Positions 55,819 through 64,000 of a stretch of 64,000 nt of DNA are shown here, in pieces (positions within the stretch are counted from its first letter, which is position 1; each line of letters begins with the position of its first letter). The DNA lies in contig NZ_JAPNKE010000002.1 in the NCBI RefSeq assembly GCF_026626665.1, forward strand, positions 1,165,204 to 1,229,203. Direction: 5' to 3'. The notes under the pieces were generated by a model, which made no database searches, was not told the origin of the DNA, and saw only the letters and a list, made by a program, of their open reading frames with translations. The stretch comes from Nannocystis pusilla. GTDB taxonomy: Bacteria > Myxococcota_A > Polyangia > Nannocystales > Nannocystaceae. The translations under genes and the position numbers were made by a program.

Positions 55819-56868
55819 TCAGGCGACGGGGATCGGCGGCGGGATGATGCTGTCAGGCTGGCCGCCGGCGATCCGTGGGCGGTTGGTCTCGATCTGCTGG
55901 TGCGGGGTGCCGAGGGCGATCGTGCTGGCCGCGTCGAGGCGGGCGAGCTGGGCCGGTGCGAGCTCGAGGGTGAGCGCGGCGAGGGCGGCGTCGAGGTGTT
56001 GGCGGGTGCGCGGGCCGAGGATGGGGATCCGCGCGGTCGTGGAGCGAGCGGCGTGGGCCAGCGACCAGGCGAGGGCGACCTGGACCGGGGCGACGCCGGC
56101 CTCGGCGGCGACTGCGACCACGGCGTCGAGGATGGCGGTCTCGCGCGCGGTCTTCTCGGTGTGGACGAGCATGCCGAGGCCGGTGAGGCGGCCCTCGTCG
56201 CTCGTGCGGTACTTGCCGGTGAGGAAGCCGCCGCCGAGCGGCGACCACAGGGCCGCGCCGAGCCCCAGCGCCTCGGCCATCGGCAGCAGCTCGCGCTCGC
56301 CGGTGCGCTCGACCAAGCTGTGCTCGATCTGCAGGCCCGCGAGCGGGGTCCAGCCGCGCAGCTCGGCGATCGCGTCGCCTCGCGCGACCCGCCAGGCGGG
56401 GAAGTTCGACAGGCCGCCGTGGAGGATCTTGCCGGCCCGCGCGAGGTCGTCGAGGCCGCGCACGATCTCCTCGATCGGGGTCAGGCCGTCGGGGAAGTGG
56501 ACCCAATACAGCTCGATGCGGTCGGTCCTGAGCCGGCGCAGGCTGGCCTCGAGCGCGGCGATCATGGTCTTGCGGCTGTTGCCGGTGGCATGCAGGCCGC
56601 CCCCGACGCCGAGGGTGTACTTGGTGGCGACCACGAAGCGGTCGCGCTCGGCCGCGAGGAACTCGCCGAGGAGCTGCTCCGACTGGCCGACCTGGTAGGT
56701 GTCGGCGGTGTCGATGAAATTGCCGCCCGCCTCGGCGTAAGCGTCGAAGATCCGCCGCGCCTCGGCGGGCTCGCTGCCGTGGCCCCAACCAGTGCCGAAG
56801 TTGCCGGTGCCGAGGGCGAGCTCGGAGACGCGTAGGCCTGTGCGACGACCGAATGTCCTGTACCGCAT
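55819..56868 (-). CDS. Aldo/keto reductase
   Basis: LGTGNFG, GGNFIDTADTY and a (beta/alpha)8 pattern with LSNF. Confidence 0.85.
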   Translation of the reverse strand: MRYRTFGRRTGLRVSELALGTGNFGTGWGHGSEPAEARRIFDAYAEAGGNFIDTADTYQVGQSEQLLGEFLAAERDRFVVATKYTLGVGGGLHATGNSRKTMIAALEASLRRLRTDRIELYWVHFPDGLTPIEEIVRGLDDLARAGKILHGGLSNFPAWRVARGDAIAELRGWTPLAGLQIEHSLVERTGERELLPMAEALGLGAALWSPLGGGFLTGKYRTSDEGRLTGLGMLVHTEKTARETAILDAVVAVAAEAGVAPVQVALAWSLAHAARSTTARIPILGPRTRQHLDAALAALTLELAPAQLARLDAASTIALGTPHQQIETNRPRIAGGQPDSIIPPPIPVA

Positions 56869-56987
56869 CGTGTGCTCCTGAGGTGGTTTTTAGATTATGG
56901 ACGTCATATGGAATCGGCAAGGGGATGGCGCGTGAGTTCGGTAGAGTCGACCAGGGCGGATTCGCGCGGCGATGGCTTGCGATTCGA

Positions 56988-57012
56988 GGATCATTGGTTC
57001 AATGATTGAACG
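56988..57012. promoter_or_regulatory. Candidate operator: palindrome ATCATTG-gtt-CAATGAT overlapping TTCAAT-g-ATTGAA, at the 5' end of the MFS-HxlR unit
   Basis: ggatcattggttcaatgattgaacgc read directly. An AT-rich stretch (ggtttttagattatggacgtcatatgg) lies 80 bp upstream. Confidence 0.3.
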
Positions 57013-58378
57013 CATGGAGATGCGCCTGTCCCCGTTGGTCGTGGCCAGCCTGGCCGTGTTCGCGGTGTTCCTCGACACGACGGTGCTGTTCGTGGCGTTC
57101 CCGTCGATCGCGGCGACCTTCCCGGCGGTGCCGACGGCCGAGCTGTCGTGGGTGCTGAACGCGTACACGATCGTGTTCGCGGCCGCGCTGGTGCCGTTCG
57201 GGCGGCTCGCCGATCGCTGGGGACACCGGGCGACGTTCCTGGCCGGGTCGATCGCGTTCACTCTGGCGTCGCTGCTGTGCGCGGCGGCGCCGACCCCGGG
57301 GCTGCTGGTGGCCGCGCGCGTGCTGCAGGCGGCCGGCGGCGCGGCGCTGGTGCCCTCGTCGCTGGCGCTGGTGATGCGGGCGACGCCGCGCGAGAAGCTG
57401 CCGGTGGCGCTGGCGGTGTGGGGCGCGACGGGGGCGGTGGCGGGGGCGGTCGGGCCGACGCTCGGCGCGGCGCTGATCGAGGCGTGTGGCTGGCGCTGGG
57501 TGTTCGCCATCAACCTGCCGGTCGGGCTGGTGACCGTGCTGCTCGGGCGTCGGCGACTGGCCGAGTCGCGCGACCCCGACAGCGTGCTGCCGGCGCCGCT
57601 CGGGGTGGTGCTACTGGTGATCGCGGCGGTGCTGATCACTCTGGCGCTGGTGCTCGGCGAGTCGTGGGGCTGGACGTCGCAGCGGACCGCGGCGACTCTG
57701 GTGGCCGGCCTGGCGACGCTGGCGGCGTTCGTGATCCATCAGGCGCGCACGCGGGCGCCGACGATCGATCTGTCGCTGTTCGCGGCGAGCAACTTCCGCT
57801 GGGCCAACGCGGCGACGCTGACGTTCGGCGCTGCGTTCACCGCGATGTTCCTGGCCAGCGTCCTGTTTCTCACCGCGGTGTGGGACTGGTCGATCCTCGC
57901 GGCGGGCTTCGGCGTCGCGCCCGGGCCGCTGCTGGTGGCAGCGCTGTCGCCACGGTTCGGGCGGCTGGCGGCGCGGATCGGCCAACGGCCGCTCTTGATC
58001 GCCGGTGGGCTGTCGTTCGCGCTCGGGGGGCTGTGGCGCCTGCGGATGCTGTCGGCCGAGGTCGACTACGCGGTCGACTACTTGCCGTCGATGCTGCTGA
58101 CGGGGACGGGGGTGGCGCTGTGCCTGCCGCAGCTGTCGAGCGTGGTCGGCCAGGCGCTGCCGGCCAATCGCCTCGGGGTCGGCGGGGCGGTCCACCAGGC
58201 GCTGCGCCAGTTCGCGGGGACGCTCGGGGTGGCGCTGGCGATCGGGCTGACCGCCGGGGCGAGCGGGCCGGCCGACGCGCTGGCGCGGTTCGACCGGGTG
58301 TGGTGGGTGATGATCGCCGGCGGGCTGGCGACGGCGCTGTGCTCGCTGCCCCTTCGGACAGGTCCGGCCCGGGCGTGA
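57002..58378 (+). CDS. MFS transporter, DHA2 (EmrB/QacA-like, 14-TM) family
   Basis: FLDTTVLFVAFPSIAATF, the GRLADRWGHR motif and about 14 predicted helices. The start is ambiguous among ATGs at 57002, 57014 and 57020. Confidence 0.8.
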   Translation: MIERMEMRLSPLVVASLAVFAVFLDTTVLFVAFPSIAATFPAVPTAELSWVLNAYTIVFAAALVPFGRLADRWGHRATFLAGSIAFTLASLLCAAAPTPGLLVAARVLQAAGGAALVPSSLALVMRATPREKLPVALAVWGATGAVAGAVGPTLGAALIEACGWRWVFAINLPVGLVTVLLGRRRLAESRDPDSVLPAPLGVVLLVIAAVLITLALVLGESWGWTSQRTAATLVAGLATLAAFVIHQARTRAPTIDLSLFAASNFRWANAATLTFGAAFTAMFLASVLFLTAVWDWSILAAGFGVAPGPLLVAALSPRFGRLAARIGQRPLLIAGGLSFALGGLWRLRMLSAEVDYAVDYLPSMLLTGTGVALCLPQLSSVVGQALPANRLGVGGAVHQALRQFAGTLGVALAIGLTAGASGPADALARFDRVWWVMIAGGLATALCSLPLRTGPARA

Positions 58379-58391
58379 TACAAGGGGCCTC

Positions 58392-58847
58392 GTGCGGCGC
58401 AAGCGACTCGACCGGATGCAGTGCTCGATCGCGCGGGCGCTCGATGTCGTCGGCGACCCGTGGACGCTGCTGCTCGTGCGCGACGCGCTGCTCGGGGTGA
58501 CGCGCTTCGAGGCGTTCCAGGCGCGGCTGCAGATCCCGCGGGCCACGCTGACGGCCCGCCTGGAGCACCTGGTCAGCGCGGGAATTCTCGAGCGCCGGTC
58601 CTACCAGGAGCACCCGCCGCGCGAGGCGTACGTGCCGACGGCGAAGGGCCGCGGGCTGCGGCCGGTGATCGTGACGCTGATGCAGTGGGGCGACGAGTTC
58701 GCCCGCGACGATCCGCCGCCGACGGTGCTCGAGGACGCCGCCACGGGGCTGCCGATCGAGCCGGTGCTGGTCGACCGCGTCAGCGGGGCGCCGCTCACCG
58801 CGCTGCGCGTGCGGGCGGTCGGGCCGGTGGTGCCGCGGCGGGGCTGA
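58392..58847 (+). CDS. HxlR family transcriptional regulator
   Basis: MQCSIARALDVVGDPWTLLLVRDALLGVTRFEAFQARLQIPRATLTARLEHLVSAGIL is the HxlR signature. Immediately downstream of the MFS gene. Confidence 0.8.
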   Translation: MRRKRLDRMQCSIARALDVVGDPWTLLLVRDALLGVTRFEAFQARLQIPRATLTARLEHLVSAGILERRSYQEHPPREAYVPTAKGRGLRPVIVTLMQWGDEFARDDPPPTVLEDAATGLPIEPVLVDRVSGAPLTALRVRAVGPVVPRRG

Positions 58848-58925
58848 GAGGGCATGCTCGTACGAGCATGTCCTCGAGGGCATGAAGGATGGGGCATGTC
58901 GGATGGGACATGCGCGAGAGGTCAG
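58846..58925. repeat. CATG-palindrome cluster between convergent genes
   Basis: gaGGGCATGCTCgtacGAGCATGTCCtcgaGGGCATGaaggatgGGGCATGTCggatgGGACATGCgcgagagg. Confidence 0.65.
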
Positions 58926-59710
58926 TGGACGGCGAGCTCGCGGCCGCGCCAGCGACGGAGGGCGAGCTCGCCGAGCAGGGCGACGAGGCCGAAGAGCAGC
59001 AGGCCGAGCAAGGTGGCGGTGAAGATCGCGGCGAACAGGTAGGCGGTCTGCAGGCGGCCGGAGGTCTGGAGGATCAGGGCGCCGAGGCCGAGCTCGTCGG
59101 CGCCGAAGCCGGCGAAGAACTCGCCGACGATGGCGCCGATGACCGCGAGGCCGCCGCTGATCTTGGCGCCCGCGACGAAGTAAGGCAGCGAGCCGGGCAG
59201 GCGCAGCTTGAGCAGCAGCTGCAGGCGCGAGGCGTCGCTCATGGCGAACAGCTCGAGCAGCTGGGGGTCGACGCGGACGAGGCCGGTGGTGCCGTTGGTG
59301 ATGATCGGGAAGACGCTGAGGATCGCGGCGGTGAGGACGACGCTCTGCAGGCCGGTGCCGAACCACACGACGATCAGCGGGGCGACGGCGACGATCGGGA
59401 CGGTCTGCAGGAAGATCGCGTACGGGTAGAGGCTGCGCGCCGCCGTCCGCGACTGCGAGAACAGGACGGCCACGAGGCCGCCGACGACGAGGCTGGCCCC
59501 GAGGCCGCCGAGCGCGCCGACAGCGGTCAGCAGCGCGGCCTGGGCGAGCTGGCCGACGTTCGCCGCGGCCTCGCGCGCGACCTCGGCCGGGGTCGGCACG
59601 AGGTAAGCCGGCAGCGCCAGGACGCTGCAGGCGAGCTGCCACAGGCCGAGGAGGGCGAGGAAGACGAGGAGCGGCGGGAACGCGGCTCGAGCGGCCGATG
59701 CGAGGGACAT
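58922..59710 (-). CDS. ABC transporter permease (SsuC/TauC/NitT binding-protein-dependent family)
   Basis: Six TM helices and the EAA-like loop LKLRLPGSLPYFVAGAKISGGLAVIGAIVGE. Confidence 0.8.
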   Translation of the reverse strand: MSLASAARAAFPPLLVFLALLGLWQLACSVLALPAYLVPTPAEVAREAAANVGQLAQAALLTAVGALGGLGASLVVGGLVAVLFSQSRTAARSLYPYAIFLQTVPIVAVAPLIVVWFGTGLQSVVLTAAILSVFPIITNGTTGLVRVDPQLLELFAMSDASRLQLLLKLRLPGSLPYFVAGAKISGGLAVIGAIVGEFFAGFGADELGLGALILQTSGRLQTAYLFAAIFTATLLGLLLFGLVALLGELALRRWRGRELAVH

Positions 59711-59897
59711 GCGAGGAGGCTGAGGAGGAGGCGAGAGGCGAGGGGCGGGCCGGGGAACGCGGGCAGAGAGGAGGAGGCGAGAGGCGAGGCTGGAGAAGGC
59801 GGGGAGGAGGGAGGCCCGACCTGCAGCGGCGCGGCCGGGACAGGTGTCCTTAGGGACTTGTGCGAAGAGACAGGTGCGAAAGGTCAGGGCGGAGAGG
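59711..59897. repeat. Intra-operon spacer: about 110-nt polypurine (GA-rich) tract with an internal direct repeat, then five GGnCAGGTC-cgaa(n)g hairpin-type units
   Basis: gaggaggaggcgagaggcgagg occurs twice. Then GACAGGTGtccttagGGACTTGTGcgaagaGACAGGTGcgaaaGGTCAGGgcggagaGGTCAGGTCcgaacGGGCAGGTCcgaagGGTCAG. Confidence 0.65.
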
Positions 59898-60703
59898 TCA
59901 GGTCCGAACGGGCAGGTCCGAAGGGTCAGCCGGGGCGGCGGCGCGCAGGCGGGCGCGGACGTCGGCGGCGATCGCCGCGAACTCGGGGCTGCCGATCAGG
60001 GCGGCGCGGCGCGGGCGCGGCAGGGCGATCGGGATGTCGGCGACCACGCGGCCGGGGCGGCCGGAGAGGACGACGACGCGGTCGCCGAGCAGGACCGCCT
60101 CGGCGACGCTGTGGGTGACGGCCAGGGCGGTGAAGCGGTCGCGCTCCCACAGGCGCAGCAGCTCGTCGTTGAGGCGCTCGCGCGTGAGCTCGTCGAGGGC
60201 GCCGAACGGCTCGTCGAGCAGGAGCAGCTCGGGCCGGGTGACGAGGGCGCGGGCCAGTGAGGCGCGCATCTTCATGCCGCCCGAGAGCGCGGTCGGGGGG
60301 GCGGCGGCGAACTCCGACAGGCCGACGAGCGCGAGCGCGGCGTCGGCGGCGGTGTTCTGCTCGGCGATCGGGGCGCGCGCGAGCTCGAGCGGGAGCCGGA
60401 CGTTGGCGTGCAGGCTGCGCCACGGGAGCAGGGTCGGGTCCTGAAACACGAAGGCGACCGCGCGGCGCGCCGGGCCCGCTCGGGGGCCTCGCCGGCGACG
60501 GTGAGGGTGCCCGCGCTGGCGGGCGCGAGGCCGGCCGCGACGCGCAGGAAGGTCGACTTGCCGCAGCCCGAGGGGCCGATGAGGGCGAGCAGCTCGCCGC
60601 GGCGGACGACGAGGTCGAGGCCGCTCAGGGCCTGCACGCCGCCCGCGAACTGCACGCCGAGGCCGCGGGCCTCGATGTGCGGGGCTGGGACCGGCTCGGT
60701 CAC
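59898..60703 (-). CDS. ABC transporter ATP-binding protein (SsuB/TauB-like), frameshift at about 60465
   Basis: The N-terminal frame has Walker A GPSGCGKST. The C-terminal frame has the Q-loop FQDPTLLPW, signature LSGGMKMR, Walker B LLLDEPFGALD and H-loop VTHS. Confidence 0.7.
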
Positions 60704-60802
60704 GCGGCGGACGCTAACACAGCGGCAGACGCGACGCACAGGGAGCACGCTCGTCCGCGTGGCGACGACGATCGGCGACACGGCGCGACGGCCGGGCCTG
60801 CG

Positions 60803-61588
60803 TCAGGCCTTGCGGGGGCGCGAGCGGCGGGAGCGGGCGGGCTTGGCCGGGGGCGCAGGGGGCTCGGGCTCGGGCTCGTCTGCCTCTTCGGGCATGTCCT
60901 CGAGGTCCGGTGCTTCCGAACCTGTCGCTTCGGACATGTCCTCGGAGCCCTCCTCGGCCTCGGCCTCGGCTTCGGCCTCGGGCGGGTCGGACGGGGCCGC
61001 CTCGAGGCCGCTGTTGCGGAGGGTGCGGGGCGGCAGCAGCTCGGGCTCGCTGACGACCTTCTTGGCCAGGAAGATGGCGGCGTCGATCTGGGAGAAGCTG
61101 CGGGCGCGGTAGAACTGGAGCGCGCGCTTGTTGTTGGCGGCGACCTCGAGGACGAGGTGGGTGCAGCCGCGCACGCGGGCGAGGTGCTCGAGCTGCTCGA
61201 TGACGAAGCTGCCGATCCCGCGGCCCTGGAAGTCGGGGTGGATGGCGATCTCCTCGACGAACAGCGGGCGCATGTCCCGGCTCTCGAAGTAGCGCTCGTT
61301 GATCCAATTGTCGGAGCCGATGACCTCGTAGGCGCACTCGGCGTAGCCGACGATCACCGGGGCGTCGCCCTCGTGGATCTCGAACAGCAGCTGCTCGATG
61401 CCCTCCTCCTCGTAGATCTCGAGGAAGCGGGTCTTGGTGCGGGGGCGCTGGTACTCGACGGTCTCGCGGTTGACCGAGCGGAACACGCGCTTGAGGAACT
61501 CCCACACCTTGTTGAGGTCGCGGCGGTGGATCCGGCGGACACGGATGGTCGGCTCCGTGACGGCGGGCGCGGGCTTGCGGGAGGCCAC
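60803..61588 (-). CDS. GNAT family N-acetyltransferase with an acidic C-terminal tail partly encoded by CATG-palindrome units
   Basis: GNAT core (IAIHPDFQGRGIGSFVI, NKRALQFYRARSF). The tail reads ...EEGSEDMSEATGSEAPDLEDMPEEADEPEPEPPAPPAKPARSRRSRPRKA. The DNA at 60885-60955 reads GGGCATGTCCtcgaggtccggtgcttccgaacctgtcgcttcGGACATGTCC. Confidence 0.7.
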   Translation of the reverse strand: MASRKPAPAVTEPTIRVRRIHRRDLNKVWEFLKRVFRSVNRETVEYQRPRTKTRFLEIYEEEGIEQLLFEIHEGDAPVIVGYAECAYEVIGSDNWINERYFESRDMRPLFVEEIAIHPDFQGRGIGSFVIEQLEHLARVRGCTHLVLEVAANNKRALQFYRARSFSQIDAAIFLAKKVVSEPELLPPRTLRNSGLEAAPSDPPEAEAEAEAEEGSEDMSEATGSEAPDLEDMPEEADEPEPEPPAPPAKPARSRRSRPRKA

Positions 61589-61663
61589 GGCCGAAGTCTA
61601 GCACCGCCGAGGGGGCGCTCGTCCGCCTTGCGTGCGTGCGCACGTGCGTGGCATGCTCGGCCG

Positions 61664-63484
61664 ATGCGTCCCCGCGCCGCTGCGTCCGCCGCCGAGCCTG
61701 CGCGCCGGCGTGGCCGACGTCGCAGCGCGGGCCTGCGCCGGGTCGGGCTCGGGTGCGTGGCCGTCGCGCTCGCTTGCGGACCGGGCGAGCAGAAGGCGCA
61801 GAAGGTCGAGGCGAACCCGAACATGCCCGACCGCGTGCAGGCGCCTGCGCCCGCGCCGCGCCGGCCGGAGGTCCACGAGTGCCCCGAGGCGCTCCGCGAG
61901 CCGGAGCAGGTCGACCGCGTGATCGGCTCGGCTTGCAAGTCGGTGACGGTCCACCCGGGCTACCGCGTCGAGAACGGGTCGCTGACGATCGAGGCGGGCG
62001 TGACCCTGCAGTTCATGCCCGACGCCGAGCTGGCGGTCGGCTTCGAGCGCCCGGCGACGCTGCACGTGCGCGGCACGCCCGAGTCGCCGGTCCGCTTCAC
62101 GGCCGCGGGCGAGCAGGCCAAGCCCGGGGCGTGGAAGGGGATCGCGCTGTACGACCACGCCGACGGCTCGGAGATCGCCGGGCTCGTGCTCGAGTTCGCC
62201 GGCACCGACCTGCGCGGGGCGATCTACGTGCAGGCGACCGACGTGAAGATCGACGGCTCGACGGTGCGCGACAGCCAGAACGTGGCGGTCCACGTGACGT
62301 CGAAGGGCCACGTCAGCAGCTTCAAGGGCAACCGGCTCGAGCGCGTGAGCTCGCCGGCGCTGCTGCTGCCGGCCCGCTCGGCCGGGTCGGTGACGCCCGA
62401 CAACACGTTCCCGCCCGACTCGGTGATCCACGTGCTCGGCGGGACGCTCCGCGAGCGCGCCCGCTGGGACGTGCCGAAGGTGCCGTTCGTGATCGGCGGG
62501 GTGATCGAGATCGAGGGCCCCGACGACAAGCACGAGGCGATGCTCGAGCTGGCCCCGGGGACAGTCCTGAAGTTCGACGACGACGCGTACTTCACGGTCG
62601 GCTACGACCACCCGGCGGCGCTCATCGCCGAGGCGGCGGGCAAGGAGCCGATCGTGCTGACGTCGGCGACGCGCCAGACGTCGCACGCGTGGCGCGGGGT
62701 CAACCTCTACCGCTCGGCCACCGCGAGCTTCAGCAACGTGGTGTTCGAGTACGGCGGCCAGCGCTCCGACCGCGGGGTGGTCTACGCCAACAACGAGGCG
62801 CGCCTCAGCGCGAAGGGCTGCACGTTCCGCGACAACGGCGGCGGCGTGACGCTCCAGGGCGCGAACGTCCGCCTCGGCGAGTTCCGCGACAACACGTTCG
62901 AGCGCTCGCACCCGGCCTTCGACGTGAGCCCGCAGCTGTTCGGGATGATCCCGCCCGAGAACAAGCTCGACGCGGCGACGACGGTCCAGGTCGAGGGCGG
63001 CGAGGTCGGCAAGGACGCAGTGTGGAACGACTTCGGGGTGCCCATCGAGGTCAAGCGCCCGGTCTCGGTCGACAACCAGGCGACGCTGACGATCCGCGCC
63101 GGCGCCAAGCTGCGCGTCCACGACGGCTTCTCGCTCGGGGTCGGCGAGTTCGGCGGCGGCTCGCTGCGCATCGAGGGCACGGCCGAGCGCCCGGTGCAGA
63201 TCTTCGGGACCACCGACCGCCGCGGCACGTGGGACGCGATCCGCCTGTACGAGAAGGCCCGCGGCAACCTGTTCGAGCACGTGCAGCTGCGCAACGCCGG
63301 CGGCGAGGGGGCCATCAACGTCGCCATCGGCGTCGACGCGGTCGTCCGCGACGTGTCCTGCGTGCGCTGCTTCAGCCCGACGCTGACGTGGGCCTGCGGC
63401 TCGCGCGTGACGTCCGAGCGCGTCGCAGGCGGGGCCGAGACGCCGGCGGCGACGCTGCCCCCGTTCGGCTGCGACCCGGCGTGA
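61664..63484 (+). CDS. Lipoprotein with right-handed parallel beta-helix repeats (pectate-lyase-fold surface protein)
   Basis: Signal peptide plus lipobox LGCVAVALACG. Repeated beta-helix-like segments follow (GAIYVQATDVKIDGSTVRDS, NVAVHVTSKG, GVTLQGANVRLGEFRDNTF). ATG at 61664 is in frame with the long track ORF. Confidence 0.55.
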   Translation: MRPRAAASAAEPARRRGRRRSAGLRRVGLGCVAVALACGPGEQKAQKVEANPNMPDRVQAPAPAPRRPEVHECPEALREPEQVDRVIGSACKSVTVHPGYRVENGSLTIEAGVTLQFMPDAELAVGFERPATLHVRGTPESPVRFTAAGEQAKPGAWKGIALYDHADGSEIAGLVLEFAGTDLRGAIYVQATDVKIDGSTVRDSQNVAVHVTSKGHVSSFKGNRLERVSSPALLLPARSAGSVTPDNTFPPDSVIHVLGGTLRERARWDVPKVPFVIGGVIEIEGPDDKHEAMLELAPGTVLKFDDDAYFTVGYDHPAALIAEAAGKEPIVLTSATRQTSHAWRGVNLYRSATASFSNVVFEYGGQRSDRGVVYANNEARLSAKGCTFRDNGGGVTLQGANVRLGEFRDNTFERSHPAFDVSPQLFGMIPPENKLDAATTVQVEGGEVGKDAVWNDFGVPIEVKRPVSVDNQATLTIRAGAKLRVHDGFSLGVGEFGGGSLRIEGTAERPVQIFGTTDRRGTWDAIRLYEKARGNLFEHVQLRNAGGEGAINVAIGVDAVVRDVSCVRCFSPTLTWACGSRVTSERVAGGAETPAATLPPFGCDPA

Positions 63485-63689
63485 GGCCGCGCGCCGGGGA
63501 TGGCCCGCTCTTGAGGGTGCGGGCCATCGCTGTCGCTATCTTGATGCGCTCGGAAGGTTCGCGGCGAGCTCCGCGGAGCATGGGCGGCGGTGAAATAAGG
63601 GGTAACTTTTGTCCCGCAAGGACTTCGAGCAGCCTACAAAGGTAAATATATGAACCTTTGTTCCGGCCGGGAGGTCCGCGGTGACGATG

Positions 63690-63910
63690 GGCACAGGGCC
63701 CGCTCGTCCTCAGCATGAGGCCCGGTCCGACGGCGGACGGTGCGGCATGTCTCATTGGACATGTCATCAAGAACATGCTCGATAGAGCATGCGCTCATGA
63801 GCATGTTCCTCGAGTCATGGCCTGGAGGGCAGGGGCGTCCGGGGCCGGCGCGCCTCATGAGCATGTTCTTCGAGTCAGGGCCGGGAGGGCATGTGCGTCC
63901 GGGGCCCGGC
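63690..63910. repeat. CATG-palindrome cluster plus an about 62-bp direct repeat x2 (ctcatgagcatgttc(c/t)tcgagtca(t/g)ggcc(t/g)ggagggca(g/t)g(g/t)gcgtccggggcc(g/c)ggcgcg)
   Basis: gGCATGTCtcattGGACATGTCatcaaGAACATGCTCgataGAGCATGCgctcatGAGCATGTTC... read directly. Confidence 0.6.
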
Positions 63911-64000
63911 GCGAGTCAGCAGGCGCTCGCTGGCGGCCAGCGGCGGGCGAAGCTGGCGCCGGCGCTGCGGTAGAACGCGAGCGCGGCGCCGAGGTGCGGG

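Overview
This 64-kb window comes from a roughly 72% GC chromosome, most likely a myxobacterium (Myxococcota). The evidence for that is a MYXO-CTERM-like sorting tail (GCGC...hydrophobic...RRRRR) on one secreted protein, an FG-GAP protein, a eukaryotic-like Ser/Thr kinase, an ECF sigma factor and many Cys-rich lipoproteins.

The content is mostly housekeeping genes on both strands:
- pntAB, glmS, moaC, prs-rplY-pth, hppA (H+-pyrophosphatase), rpsF-rpsR-rplI, dnaB, tolQ-tolR-tolA-like-tolB, ppx, and tRNA-Gln(UUG).
- Two M16 peptidases, an M20 amidohydrolase, SDRs, two HxlR regulators, an MFS pump, an aldo/keto reductase, a split ABC sulfonate/nitrate-type transporter, a SWIM-SNF2 helicase, a hipBA toxin-antitoxin module, an ECF sigma factor with a fused C-terminal extension, and several hypothetical or lipoprotein genes.

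The most striking feature is a dispersed family of short CATG-centred palindromes (GGACATGTCC / GGGCATGTCC / GGACATGCCC / GAGCATGCTC / GAACATGTTC and GGnCAGGTC variants), usually followed by a 4-5 nt loop such as GAAAG. They sit in clusters of 2-8 hairpins at 18 or more loci, mostly at gene 3' ends, but some copies lie inside coding sequence. Several tandem minisatellites are also present.

A second pervasive signal is that at least 13 genes are split by single-base frameshifts, including the essential genes prs, dnaB and rpsF. This points to uncorrected indel errors in the assembly rather than real pseudogenes. The provided ORF track also contains many long GC-driven ORFs on the opposite strand or in alternative frames, which I did not call as genes.
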